Of a stretch of 64,000 nt of DNA, positions 13,608-25,744 are shown one piece after another. Position 1 is the first letter of the stretch; the number at the start of each line of letters is the position of its first letter. Made by a program: the position numbers and the translations under genes. Source of the DNA: Felis catus (lineage: Eukaryota); contig NC_058368.1 of NCBI RefSeq assembly GCF_018350175.1, forward strand, positions 197,410,001 to 197,474,000. Reading direction: 5' to 3'. Below the pieces are notes generated by a model, which had not been told where the DNA came from, searched no databases, and saw nothing but the letters and a program-made list of their open reading frames with translations.

Positions 13608-13856
13608 CAGGCGTTGGCCAACAATGGCCTGTGGGTTAAATCTGGCCCTCCACCCGTTCATATAAATAAAGTTTTATTGGAGCACGGCCATACTTATTCG
13701 TTGACCTGTTATTTGTTGACCATACTTATTTGTTGACCTGATCCGTGGTTCCCTTCACACTACTCAGACTGCAGCAACTGCAAACATGTTATATTGTCTA
13801 CAAAGTCTAAAATATTTTCTATCTGGCTCTCTGGAGGAAAAGTTAGCCGATCCCTG
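13608..13856. mobile_element. MER58A-like hAT DNA transposon
   Basis: Ends 'caggcgttggccaac' and 'gttagccgatccctg'. Internal 'aaataaagttttattggagcacggcca' and 'aaagtctaaaatattttctatctggc'. Confidence 0.8.
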
Positions 13857-14369
13857 ATCTAGACCTTGGCCAGAGGGCTGACTTTTGACTACAAAATGGC
13901 CCATCAACGCGCTTTCTAAACAAAAGCTTTCTCCTCTCGGAGGGATTCCACCACTGTCCTTAAACTAACTTTATTTTTTTTTCCCCCCTTCAGACTTTAT
14001 TTATAACCTACAAACCGAGAAGGGAAGCTGGGGACCAATTGTTCCCTGGGCTGGGGTTATTGCGAGGTCATCTAATGTCAGTGTTAGTGGTCAGGGTCAC
14101 GAGGCAGTTGGCTTCCTTTCATTTTTCCCTTGCCTGCCACGTCCATAGGGAAAGCACAGGACTACCTAGAATTATCGGCATCCCGCTTTTCTGTAGACTC
14201 TGCCTCCAAGCCACAGGGATGAGCACTGCTGTTATTACTTATAAGGACAAAATCTTACGTACGTATGGGTACCTCTCACAGCACTCCTGCACCTTCCCCT
14301 GGGTTTCCTTCTCAGGACTCTTCTGCAAGGTTGACTGCTCATGGAAAAGTTCTTCTTCCTCCCACTTCT

Positions 14370-14520
14370 CTGCTGTGGAGCCCAGTTGTAGGTAGTGACT
14401 GAACATAGACTCTTGCTTTTCTAGCCTTCTGCAGCGACTAGGGCAACCACACGATCCAGTTCTGGCTAACTGCAGATAAGGGAAGTCCTCTGGGAAGCTT
14501 CTAGGACATATTTCCTTTCT
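14370..14520 (+). mobile_element. MLT1-family (MaLR) LTR fragment
   Basis: 'ttctagccttctgcagcgactagggcaaccacacgatccagttctggctaa...ggaagtcctctgggaagcttctagg' resembles old MLT1J/I. Confidence 0.5.
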
Positions 14521-15529
14521 TCACAAGTTCCTCTTCCATAAAATGGCATAACAAAGACCATCCCATGAGCTTGTCTTGAGTAGTAAATGAGAGGCATGTG
14601 AAATGCTTCCCAAAGTATCTGGCACTGAATGGTCACCCAGGAAATGGGAGATAGTGTGATTAGTGAGGTTGCTTTTTAATTCTTACTGTGAATGTTTGAG
14701 GTGATTCGTGGGCTACAGTGTCTCAAGAACTCCCTGTTCCGTGTAGAGTGGACATGAAATCTTGAGGTTATCTGGGAGTAAGGGAGAGGGCTCACGGTGA
14801 GAGGCGGTGACCTAGGAGTCAGGAAAGCGGGGTTCTATCGTAGCTTTGTGATCTCAATGGCTCTCTTTCTCCCTTCCTTCTGCTTCTCCACCTGTCAAAT
14901 GTGTGTGTTGGCTGAGATGACCTCCAAGGACCTTTTGCAGCTCGGACAGGCCACACTGTCAGACGCCTGCTTTCTCTGTAGGGCTCTGCACCACCCAGGA
15001 GCAACTACCTTCCCTGGGGGCCCTGATTCAGTCTTCTCCCAAGTCAGCCAAGCCTGCCCACGGGTTTCCGTCCCAGCATGTTGAGCGCCCAGTGGCTGGC
15101 GTGAGGTGCATGGTCAACAATCGTGAGTTGGATGAGTGAATGAACTCCATTGAGTGAGCGTCACCTGTGGCCCCTGAAGGTTGGGCAGGTTTGGGATCTT
15201 GCAGTATAAATATTTAGAATATGACCATGATTACAGTTTTTGGCAAGAGCGAATTACTTACTCATGGTCATGGCCTTGAACCTAACAAAACTGTGAGCTA
15301 GCACCAGAATAAACTGCACTGAACCACTTGGCCTCGAAGCCAAAGGGAAACTAACTTTCCATTGACCCATGAGCCGGGTCTGGTTTTATAAAAAAATTTT
15401 TTACAAACAATCCAATTTCTAGCAAACCTGGTCAAACCAGATGCTTCCTTGCATTTTCTGCTAAAATCTTGAACTGGAAGAAAATTAGACCCCGGAGAAT
15501 CTTTTTTATAATCTTGCACAATATGCACA

Positions 15530-15740
15530 AATAGTAATATCAGCTAACATTGGCAGGGCAATCAATTTGTGCTAAGTGCATTATCTCATTTATTCCTCAA
15601 ACAAGCCTTTGAAGTAGGTCCTATTTTTATTCCTGTCGTACGAGTGAGGAAAGCTGGACAGTGAAGTAACTTTTGTCAAGGTCACATGGCCATCAGAAGG
15701 CAGAGTGGACCTTTGAACCCCGGTCCATTGGATTCTCAGC
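15530..15740 (-). mobile_element. MIR SINE relic
   Basis: Antisense MIR 'cattatctcatttattcctcaaacaagcctttgaagtagg...gaggaaagctg...aaggtcacatggc...tttgaaccc'. Confidence 0.7.
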
Positions 15741-16159
15741 ATCGGTGACAGCTGCAATTTGCCAAGCGTGCATCACGAGGCAGTCGGTGGGTTGAGAAGT
15801 TCGTATGACGGGGCTGGTAATCCCTGCTATAGAGCTGTCTGGAAAGCACCACTGTTAGCTCCGCTTTGGAGAATGAGGAAACAGCTCTTAAGAGAGTATG
15901 TAACCTGCCTGTCATTCGCGGGTGGTAGAACTAAGCTTGCCCCATGGAATAGCAGAGCTCAGGAAACTCTTAAGAGCCACAAAAGAGGAGGGACTTCGTC
16001 AAGGTCACACAGCGACTCGGCGGTTGAACTGGGACAGGGCTTCACTGAAGGCTTTCTATTCAGTGTTGGGAGGGTGTTGTGCGGTAACAGTGGGAGGGGA
16101 CCCACCGTATGGCCCCTCCGCTGTTGCCCTTGCCTTGGTGACAGGGGAGAGAGCTCAGC

Positions 16160-16400
16160 GGATTAGAGCACACGCTTTGAAGTCAGACAGACCTGTGCTC
16201 AAATCACAGCTCCAGAACTAACTTGCTGGGTGACCTTGGGAAAGACCCCTCCTTTTCCTGAGCCTCTGTTTCCTCTTCTGCAAAATGGGACAATACCCAC
16301 GCCTGCCTCCTGGCGTGGCTGGAGTCGACGAGAGAAGACACATCAAGGGTCCGGCACAACAGCTGCCTCACAATTTACATGGAGCAGCTCTTGTTACTGT
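16160..16400 (+). mobile_element. MIR SINE relic
   Basis: 'agtcagacagacctgtgctcaaatc...gctgggtgaccttggg...gagcctctgtttcctcttctgcaaaatggg'. Confidence 0.75.
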
Positions 16401-16539
16401 TATCGAAATGGTCCGCGAGCCAAAAATGGTTTGAGAACCACCGTTCCATTCAGAGAAGCTCTGAAATCTGCTTCACAATGACAAGCGATTATGGTGGGAA
16501 GGAGGCCCAGAGGCTAAAGACTGTCTGACTCTGTAAGAG

Positions 16540-16752
16540 ACACGCATGCACTTGGGACACACACACACACCTGCACCTGCGTACCTGGGCACGGATACGT
16601 TTGTGGCCTGTGGGTGCGTGCACAAGTGCATGCAATACATGCGGTGTGTGGGCTCACACATGTGACGCATGCGTGCACGCTGTACCCGTGGCTATACATC
16701 CTCCCACATCTTTGCATCCACGCACACGTGGGTGCACACACACATCACACAT
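16540..16752. repeat. Degenerate (CA/TG/CG)n alternating purine-pyrimidine tract
   Basis: About 200 bp of cacaca/gtgtgt/gcatgc/gtgcac motifs. Confidence 0.7.
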
Positions 16753-18868
16753 TCCCCCCTTTTGCCTAATTAACACCTACTCGTCCTTCAACTCGCTGGA
16801 CAGCTGCCTGACCTCCCAGGTGAGACCGGGCCACTCAGGTTGTGTTCTCTTGGTACCTTGCACCTTTCCTCCCCAGTTTGCATCTCCATCGTCATCGAAT
16901 AATTGTGTAATAATTGCTTAATTCTGCATTTGCTGCTAGAATGTGAGCCCTGGAGAGGGCGGGGACAGGGCCTGACTGTTTCCCACTGACTGAAATCACC
17001 TGCCACAGCCTGGCGCATAGGAGGCCTTCGACAGATAGGTGCCGTTGACTGATCAGAGCCACCGGGATCCCTTTTGCGTGCGAGCCAGGGGATAAGCCGA
17101 GTCACTGGGCGTTTGTACAGGTTTTTTTGGGGCCTAGAGGTCTGTTATGCTTTGGAAGTGGTAAGAGAGGAAAACCCAACTTTCAAATGCGTTCCTAGCC
17201 GCCAGGAAATCAAGGGGTGGTGGTGGATAGAAACGCCTGGTGAGTCTGAAATGCAGATGCTCCTCACTGCTTCTCCCTCTGCTTTCCCCCGGGGAGGTTA
17301 GGGGACACCAGCAGCCGCCGTGACGAATAAGGTTGACGAGCGGCCGCCGGGCTGGGATAGAACAGTTTGCTTTCTCTCCGGCCAGATTACAGCAGCAAGC
17401 AGGCCCCTTTAGGCACAGAGAGGGCAGAGGGCGCTGGGCCGTCGGAAATGAGAAAGGTGGCTCAGGGCGGTGAGCGGCAGGTGATTCAGGGCAGGGTAAC
17501 TTCTTTTCCATCACTTACGTATTTGAGGAGTGGTTCTGGGCGCTTTCTAAGCACCAGGCACGGAGCTGGCTGCTGGGGACACAGAAGAGAAGAGGCTTCT
17601 GGAGAAGACGGTGTCCAAGCTGAGACCCGGAGAACGAGCAGCAGTTGGCCGGGCCGGGAAAAGGGGAAAGAGTGAACTGAGGGAGAAGAGTCTGCATGCC
17701 AAGGGTCAAGGGCAGGCAGCTAGGGTGGCAGCAGCTGGTTGGTCCAGGCTGGGGCGGCCTGGCGGGCAGGGTCCGTGTGGACTGTGCAGTCCCCCGGCCC
17801 CTGGCGGGGTGGCAGATGGGCCCTAGGACCGGGGCGCTTGGAGGCTGGGAGGGCAGCATTCTGAGGGCAGGTGGAGTCCTTCCAAGGAGCTGAAGCTTCA
17901 TCCGAGGTGGGACCGAAGGTTGGAGCATCTCGGCGACAGGGAATTCTCCAGGCCGGAGTTTACGCCGCGTGGGGGCCGGTGCCCCGCCATCCCCTGCTAT
18001 ACCAGACCCCCGTTCTCTGGGCTGGAGGATTCGGTGACCTCGCAGGTACCGTCCAGCAAGCGCTTGTTGGGCAGGATGAGCCGTGCGTTTCCTCCTGTCT
18101 CGCGGGCCATTCGGTGCCTCCCCCTCCAGCCCCCACCCCCCACCCCTCCCCACTGACCCCGCAGCTCTTTCTACCCTCGGTTTCTGCCCTGGCCCCCCTC
18201 GTTCTCTCCATCACGACTCAGAAGCCGTTGTCACCAGGAGCAAGTCACGTCGCATCTCTGGGCCTCGGTTTCCACCTTAATGGGAAAGTCCTGGGCGTGC
18301 TAATACCAGCCTGCTTCTTCCTCAGCCTCACCCTGTGCCCTTCTCCACCCCGGGGCCACCTGGCTTTCTCTACCTCAAGCCCACAGAGGTCTTTCTTGCC
18401 TCGACTTCTTTGCCTCTTCCTTCCCTCCCACCCACGCCTCACTTTCTCCGTGCTGACCCTTCTTCAGTTTTTCAATCTAAGCTTGAGCCTGATTTCTTCA
18501 GCGAAGCCTTCCCGAAGAGGGTCCATCGATTACATTCTGTATTCACGCTCTGTGTATTTTCTTCCTAACACTTGTCCCAGGGATCATTCGCCCAGTGTTG
18601 CGCGCTTACTGAATGCCTGAGTGTCGTTCCCCGTCCCAAGACAGAAGGGGACAGAGGACACGACAGGCTCACTGCTACATCCTTTTACCCAGCGCTGTCT
18701 CCGGCATGTATCAGGCACGGTGATGAGTTGTTGAATGGATCAGTGACTCTCTCAGTGGATTTAATACATTTCACATATATGTAAATTATTAATTATACTC
18801 AAGCCAGGCCAATGCGTTTATTTATGCTCTGGTTTTCGAAGAACAGCACAAACTACGGTGACATATCC

Positions 18869-18885
18869 TGGCCACTAGAGGGCGA
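18869..18885 (+). promoter_or_regulatory. Candidate CTCF binding site
   Basis: tggccactagagggcga closely matches the CTCF core consensus (TGGCCACYAGRGGGCR). Confidence 0.65.
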
Positions 18886-19789
18886 AGTGAAACCAGGAAG
18901 CTGGGTGGCCTCGGGGACCCTGGCCCCCTTTGCAAAAATGGAAGCGCAATGTCCACTCATTTCCTGCTCTGTCCCCACCCTAGACTCAGCAAAGGCAATT
19001 TGCAAATCGAGAGACTGTTACGGCAGAGCCCGTTGGGTCCAACCCTGGACACCGCGGCCCGAGGGAGAGTGCTTCCTCTGCCTCCACTGGCCCCGTGGCA
19101 CAGACTTGTTCCTAGCTGTGGGCGAACCCCTCTCTCCTTTCCCGTATTGCTATTTTCTAGCATGTAGGAGAGACCATTGTAACTTCTGTCTGTCTAGAAG
19201 TATTTATTGACTTTCTACTCTGTGCTGAGCACCGTGTCAGGTGGTGCTAGAAACTCCAGGGAATAAAACAGGTCCCTGCCTCATGGAGTCAGTCGGCTGT
19301 CTGGCTGGGAAATAATACAAAGTTACCAACTGTGATTAGTGCAGAGAAAAGAAGGCTACGCCTCCGGACAGGATATAACAAGGGCACCTGATTCTTGCCT
19401 GAGCTCACTTTCAGAGGAAGGGCCATTTGGCGGAGACCCTGAGCAGTCATCGGCAGGGGGATCAGAAGACGGGGCCTGTGCCCAGCTGGGCTGCCCGGTG
19501 CTGCTGGGCAAGTCCTTTCCCCTCCTTGTCTTCTCTCCCATCCGTATAACTGCGGAGCATTTCAATCCCAAGCGTCTGCCCACAGGAACTTGTACCTTAG
19601 ATACACTGGATGCTCATAAATGGGGGTCTCAGTCACAGGAACTTGGGGTCCAACTCTTGGGTGAGAAAAGGCATCTGAATTGATCGTCTCTGACTGAGCC
19701 TGTGCCGGGGGCTGAACCTCCAAGGTTACAAACTCTGGGAAACTTTGTTCAGGTGTTGGAAGACGGACACCTTTAGAGCTGGCCCAGAG

Positions 19790-19962
19790 CCTCCGACTGT
19801 GTGACTCAGATTGCCAATTGCCGTGGAGCTGGTTAAGGCTGCAGATTCTTGGGACTCATCCTCAGAACCAATGATCAGGTAGATCTGGAGGAAGGCCCCC
19901 AAACCTGCATGTTAATGAGCTCTCTGGGTGATTTGGAGGCACATTAAGGTCTGGGAATCATT
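19790..19962. mobile_element. MER5B-like hAT relic
   Basis: 'gcagattcttgggactcatcctcaga...ctgcatgttaatgagctctctgggtgattt...gcacattaaggtctgggaatca'. Confidence 0.6.
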
Positions 19963-21859
19963 ACCCTGCCATCTTTCTGCAGAAAGGATTTATGGCACTC
20001 AGGCCTTCCAACTGGCCTTGGTTTACGTTCTATTATGTGTATTCCAGAAAAGTTGTGGCTAAACTGAATTTTTGTAGTTCAAATTACATTCCCAGCGGGA
20101 ATAGGGATCTTACTTTAAAGAGTCAATGCTTTGCGATGTCAATTTTCGCCCCAGTGGAGTTCTTTCCCATGTATTCATTTTCCTAAATGAGCATCACATC
20201 TATTTATGCTTCACAAACTAATTAATTAGTTTAAAATACCTAGAATTCAGCTTTGTGGAAGGTTGGCGGTCTTAATTTCCAGCAGTGGGGAGACAGGGGT
20301 CATTTGTGGCGGGAGGCACAGGGAATTAAATTTCAAAGCCTAGAGTTAAGCTCCTCCAAGTTAAGGCATGTATTTATTGTCAGATTTATAATCACTGACC
20401 ACCTGGGACAGGTGAGCCCTGGTCCAGTGTTCCCTGCGTGAAACTGCAAACCTGATGCCCTTGAAGTTGCTTTGCTATGGATCCTACCCTGCCATGGTTC
20501 CTGCCCAGGGTAACTGTTTGTGGGGCTAGGGAATGCTCTGGTACCCCTCATTCTGGGCCAAAAAAAAAGAAGCAGGGGGTGGGGCTTGCATCATGCAAAT
20601 GTCTTCGCTCTTGACAATGAATGGTGCACTCAGAATCCTTATCTCCTTGACCTGTCACTCCAGTCCCTGGCTTATCCATTCTTTCCCATTCATGAGGCCA
20701 TTGAGGCAGGGGTCTAGGCTGGCCCAGAGCAGGGCAACAGTCCTCAGAGCTGGGGTCAACCTCATGTGGCTGCCTCATCTGATAGCTTGTGAGCAGAGAG
20801 GTCTAACAATGGAGACGTTGACCCATTCAGCTTTTTGCCTGTCGCAGGATGGCCAGAGATCTCTGGGGAAGAGACAGGGAGGTGATGGGGACAAAGACCA
20901 CATAAACCAGCACAAAGGTGGCAGGTCTGTGCTGGCGGCTACTCCAGGTGGTGACAAATCAGCAGCCAGGCTGTGGGATCAGAGAAGACAAGCAGTGTAG
21001 GGCCCAAAGCCCTCCTCTAATTTGCGTTGACAGGGAGGGACGGCATGGGATCTGGAGGGGCTAGGAAGATGAAACAGGCGTGAACAGGAGATCTGTGTTG
21101 ATGGAAGCCAGGATTCATGGAAGGAAGGAAGGGAAAAGAGGTCGTTTCGAATGCTAGAGAGAGGCAGTGCTTTCGATCATAATTCGTCGTGAGTTTGTAG
21201 ACACGTCCACTCCACGTCCACTTGATTTATGGACACCAGTCTTGTCCGCTGTCTCCGCTTGGATTCCCTACCAGTGCTGTAAGACAGGCTGGTCACTTCC
21301 ATGGTCCCAATGGGGAGACTGAGGCCCAGAGATGCTACTCAGTGGGGTGGCCAGGAGCAAGCCTGGGTCTCCGAAATCGGTGCCCAATGCCCTTCTGTTC
21401 GAACAAGTTTCCCAAGTTTGACATTTTAGGCAGGGAGCAATTGGAGAGTAAAGATGATACTGGTCCACCCTCTTGGCTGCTCTCTCCTTGAGGCCCCACT
21501 CTGGAACTCCCTTTAGAAGTCACCAGATTCACTGGTGCTTCGTGCCATAGGTGACCCAGAACCACTGGCGCTCTCTGGCAGGGTATAGGGCAATGGCTTC
21601 CACGATGAAGGCCGTGCTCAGGCATTTTAGCCCGGTGATGCACGCAGGAAAGATTGGAAAGGAAAAGATAGGAAGGGGGTCAACTCGAAAGGAAGTTAAC
21701 AGTTGCAAGAGATAAGGCACACGCTGCAGGGTCCTATCAGGGATCACCGTCAGTTGGTCATAGGACGAGCAACAGAGCCTGTGAAGGGGAGTGACGGTCC
21801 GCTCCGTGCGTGGAGAGGTAGTGACCACAGTGCCTCGCTCGGGAACCCCCTGACATTGA

Positions 21860-22070
21860 AGATGAAAGCAAGGGCCCTGGAGTCAGACAGACTCCAGATC
21901 AGTCCTCGCCCGCCACATTCTAGTTGAGTCCTTGGACCAGATACATAAGCTCGCGGAAGCATAACTTCTTTATCTGCAAAGTGGGAATAATAGTGGTTGC
22001 AAAGATGAATTGAAATCATGCTTCAAAGGCACTTCGCACAATAGGAAGCACTCAATAAATATCAGCTATG
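21860..22070 (+). mobile_element. MIR SINE relic
   Basis: 'ccctggagtcagacagac...atctgcaaagtgggaataatag...gcactcaataaatatcagcta'. Confidence 0.7.
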
Positions 22071-22081
22071 GCCACCATAAT

Positions 22082-22138
22082 TATATCAAATAACATGAAC
22101 TATATCGAATAATGTGAATGATATTGCGTAATATAAAC
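22082..22138. repeat. Diverged 19-bp x3 tandem repeat
   Basis: Units tatatcaaataacatgaac / tatatcgaataatgtgaat / gatattgcgtaatataaac. Confidence 0.6.
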
Positions 22139-22720
22139 ACGCTCCTATCTCTTCCCATTGACAATTCCTTCCCTTGATTTCAACCCTTCGGGGCTACCGT
22201 CTTCAGACGGTAGTATCTTCTGCGTTTTTCACCCAAATTATGTTTCGCATTTTGCTTTTTCAGATTCCATTCACTGAAGAAAAAATTAACCCCCTTTTGT
22301 AGATAAAGAAAGCAATCTCGGAGCTGTGAAGTAACGCGAAGTAAGGGGACCGGGCTGATACAGGTAGCATTGCCAGAGTCGCTGCTGAGTCCCAGGCTGT
22401 TGGGCATGACAGCCATATGCTCAGTCACTGCCCGTTAGCAGGGAAAGGCCCAATAAACGCCTCGCTGGGCATGTGCAGAGCTAGCCTAACGTAGGGGACC
22501 AGGATGGGTTTCCCTGGGCGTTAGCAATGCTGCAGGGGATCGAGGCCTTTCACCAGAGGAATTCCAGAGCTGGAGGCCAGTGATCCCTGAAGATAGTATG
22601 ACGGGCCTGCTTTCGGGGCCTGGTGGGTGAGAATTTTAAAAATCGTAATAATTATGTATTATACATTTTAACACAAGAGGCTTTGTTTTGATGTTGACGA
22701 GGTGTTAGAGAATTTCCTTT

Positions 22721-22934
22721 ATTTATTTATAATGTTTATTTATTTTTGAGAGAGAGAGAGAGAGAGTACTCAGGAGGGGAAGGGCCAGAGAGAGAAGGAG
22801 ACACAGCATCCGAAGCCAGCTCCAGGCTCCGAGCTGTCAGCCCAGAGCCCGACGCGGGGCTCGAACTCACGAACCTCGACATCATGATCTGGGCCGAAGT
22901 CGGACGCTTAACCGACTGAGCCACCCAGGCGCCC
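22721..22934 (-). mobile_element. Can-SINE (SINEC_Fc-like)
   Basis: Antisense element ending 'ccacccaggcgccc'. TSD agagaatttccttt at 22707-22720 and 22935-22948. Confidence 0.97.
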
Positions 22935-24091
22935 AGAGAATTTCCTTTTGAAAATATATAAATGTACGTAAAGAGCACTGTGGGTAAACCCCAGTCACTG
23001 TGGCGCTTGAGCACGGCAAAAATCAGGAGCCCGGAAGTCTGACGCCTGGAGTCTGGCAAACAGATTTTGTACCACTTTGTTTCTCTGTGGAAGGGAAAAC
23101 GGAGACTGAGGTGCTCAATGCCTTGCCATTGTCACAGAGTGAGGTGGTGACTGAGTTCGGTTTTATGAAAATGCGTTTCCCCCCAATCCTAGGATGACGG
23201 GAAAGATGATGGATCAAGGCTGAGTTCTAGGAGACACGACACATGACAGGTCTGCTGGCGGCCCGATTCTCTGATTGGAATCTTGTTGATGGTCTCTCTG
23301 TGCTTTTCAAATTAATTTCTCGTTCCGGTCTTTATCTGTCCTCCCGCATCCTCCGCTGTGGCCAGAGGACCTCAGCTTTAGAAAGAGGATCTGTGACAGT
23401 CACTTGGCTCTCCGGGTCCCTGAATCATTAGGTGACATTCTGACCGTTAGCTGACCTTACCTGGAGGGGGGGGAGGGGCAGACATTGATTTTCAAGTCTG
23501 GGTGAGGCTGGAGCCTCTCTGACCTCACCCCTGGAGTGCGGCCATCAGTTTAGCCCCTTCCTCCCTGGCTGCCTGCCTCCTGGGCTGTTAGGTCAGATTA
23601 GTGTTCTCCCTGTCGGCTGCAGGGAGGCACATGCCTGGTGACCTTCAACCATCTGGGCCGACTTCAGAGTGCTCCCCAAGGCTGACCCTATTCTGAAGCT
23701 GAGCCCCAAAACGGCTTGCATTGACTTAACAACTGGACTGCTCTTTCGGAGGGTGAAACACTGCCACTTGTAACATCATATCACATGATGGCATTTCATG
23801 CGGATGTTTGCAACCGCCCTCAGAGTAATCGTTACTGCCGTTTTAGTAAGGAAAAAACTAAAGCTGGGATCTTTGAAAGAAGTCTGCCCCGGGTCACCTG
23901 GCTGGTGAGTGGTGACCGTGGGACACCCCGTGGGATTTCTGGCTGCCAGATGGGGCTTTTTCCTCAGTGCCTCTGTCTCCGTCACCCACCCTGCGCTGAG
24001 CCACATGGATGGCAAAGAAAGGACCCTGACTGTCAGTGGACCTGCCCATTCATTCCTGCATGGAAGTGTCATGTGGTCCTCATTTGAGAGC

Positions 24092-24094
<3 letters not shown>

Positions 24095-24133
<39 letters not shown>
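24095..24133. repeat. (GA)n microsatellite
   Basis: Perfect AG dinucleotide run at the edge of an MLT2-like LTR. Confidence 0.95.
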
Positions 24134-24138
<5 letters not shown>

Positions 24139-24475
24139 TATTTTAAGAAATAGGCCCATGTGATTGTGGGTGTTATCAAGTCCAAAATCTGCAGGGCAGG
24201 CCAGCAGGATGAAGACTGAGGGAAGAGTTAATGTGCAACTTGAGTTTGAAGGCAGTTCGGAGGCAGAATTCTCTCTTCCTTGGGGGAAGGTCAGTCATTT
24301 TCTATTAAGACCTTCAACTGATTGGCTGAGGCCCACCCACCCATTACGGAGAGTAATCTGCTTTACTGGGTCTACCGATTTCAATGTTAATCTAATCTAA
24401 AATACCTTCACAGCAGTATCCAGATCTGACCAAATATTTTGCTTTGCCAGGTTGGCACATAAAATTAACCATCCC
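24134..24475 (-). mobile_element. MLT2-family (ERVL) LTR relic
   Basis: 'atttattttaagaaataggcccatgtgattgtggg...aagtccaaaatctgcaggg...ccttcaactgattggctgaggcccaccca...cacataaaattaaccatc'. Confidence 0.8.
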
Positions 24476-24629
24476 GATATATAAACGTATAATATGGACA
24501 ATAATAAAAACTAATATTTGCTGACCACTTATAATGGGCCAGGCAACATTACGTCATCGAATAATTCCAGTAAAGATTATGCCATAGTACCTGACACATA
24601 GAAATAAATGGTGGTTTCCAATCTAGAAG

Positions 24630-24820
24630 GCAGCTCAGAGTAGAGGTAAAGAAAAATTTTGGCATCAGGCAGACCTGAGTTCAAGTTCTCATGCTGCCAG
24701 TATCTAAACTGGGGAAAAATCACTTAATCTTTCCCAGTCTCTTTTTCCTCATCTGTAAAACAGGATTAAAGATAGTGCTTAACTCATCCACGTAGTAGGG
24801 GCCTGATAAATATTTATCGA
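24630..24820 (+). mobile_element. MIR SINE relic
   Basis: 'tcaggcagacctgagttcaag...cacttaatct...ttcctcatctgtaaaacagg'. Confidence 0.7.
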
Positions 24821-25509
24821 CTAAACGACTATGGAAGGAAGCTCCAGGGTGTTCGACAGAGAAAGGAAACAAGTTCGTCGGGAGCCCCTCACACAGCACC
24901 TGGCACATGCTGGGAGCATGGAGAATTTAGCCGTGCCTTACACTGTGTTTGGTTTTCCTCTGGAAACCTGCATCCGCGGAGTCGCAGCTGGTTGCTGTCG
25001 AGATCCCTCTAACAGGACTTGGCAAGCTATGGCTTTCAGGAAGGGCTCGCCTCTCAAGGCCGGGACAGAAGAGACATCTTCCTCCCCTAACTCGGAGTCT
25101 GGCTCCCCTTACTGTCTTGGCATCTCGGGCCGGCCAGGTCTCCCCTGCTCCCAGAACTCCCTTCCCAGGGCTCTGGCCCCGACTGGGCTTGGCAGGGAGA
25201 CTTCTCCCAAGAACCAGCTAATGTGGTCTGGAGCCGGTGAGCCTGCCTCGTTGTTGCCAGCACATCCTGCCTCGTGAGCGCAGCTCTGACGTCCTCCCTG
25301 TCACACAAAGCTCGATTCGCGGCCTCTCAGGGGACAACAGCGGCCTCCTCCTCCTCCTCCTAGGGGCTGCGGCCTTCCTAAGGACACTCTATTGGTTAGG
25401 CTAATCATTCTCATTTATTCTACAACAAATCGCCCTTTCTACGTGTGGCACGTAAGGAACGTAGGAATGCCACAAACCAGCCCGATGTTAATTAATCCAT
25501 TTTTGAGAA

Positions 25510-25720
25510 GATATTGTGTACTAAAGGATGGCATTTCAGCCCTGCCTCTGGGCTGTGTGACCTTCGTTAAGTTTCTTAATCTCTTTTGTGCCTCAGTTTC
25601 CTCATCGGTGAAACAGGGACAATACTAACGCCCACTCAAATGGATTATTGAGACCTTCGAGTGAGTCCATCCATGTAAAGACGGGCCTGACACATAGTAA
25701 GTGCTCAATAAACAGTAGCC
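25510..25720 (+). mobile_element. MIR SINE relic
   Basis: 'gctgtgtgaccttcgttaagtttcttaatctc...tgcctcagtttcctcatc...gcctgacacatagtaagtgctcaataaa'. Confidence 0.8.
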
Positions 25721-25744
25721 CTTATGGTATTATTACTGCCACTG

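Noticed and set aside
17515..18620. Longest ORFs (212 aa on -, 249 aa on +)
   Set aside because: Low-complexity Pro/Arg/Gly/Leu/Ser translations in GC-rich DNA with no recognisable domain; the + ORF starts at a non-ATG codon. Expected by chance.
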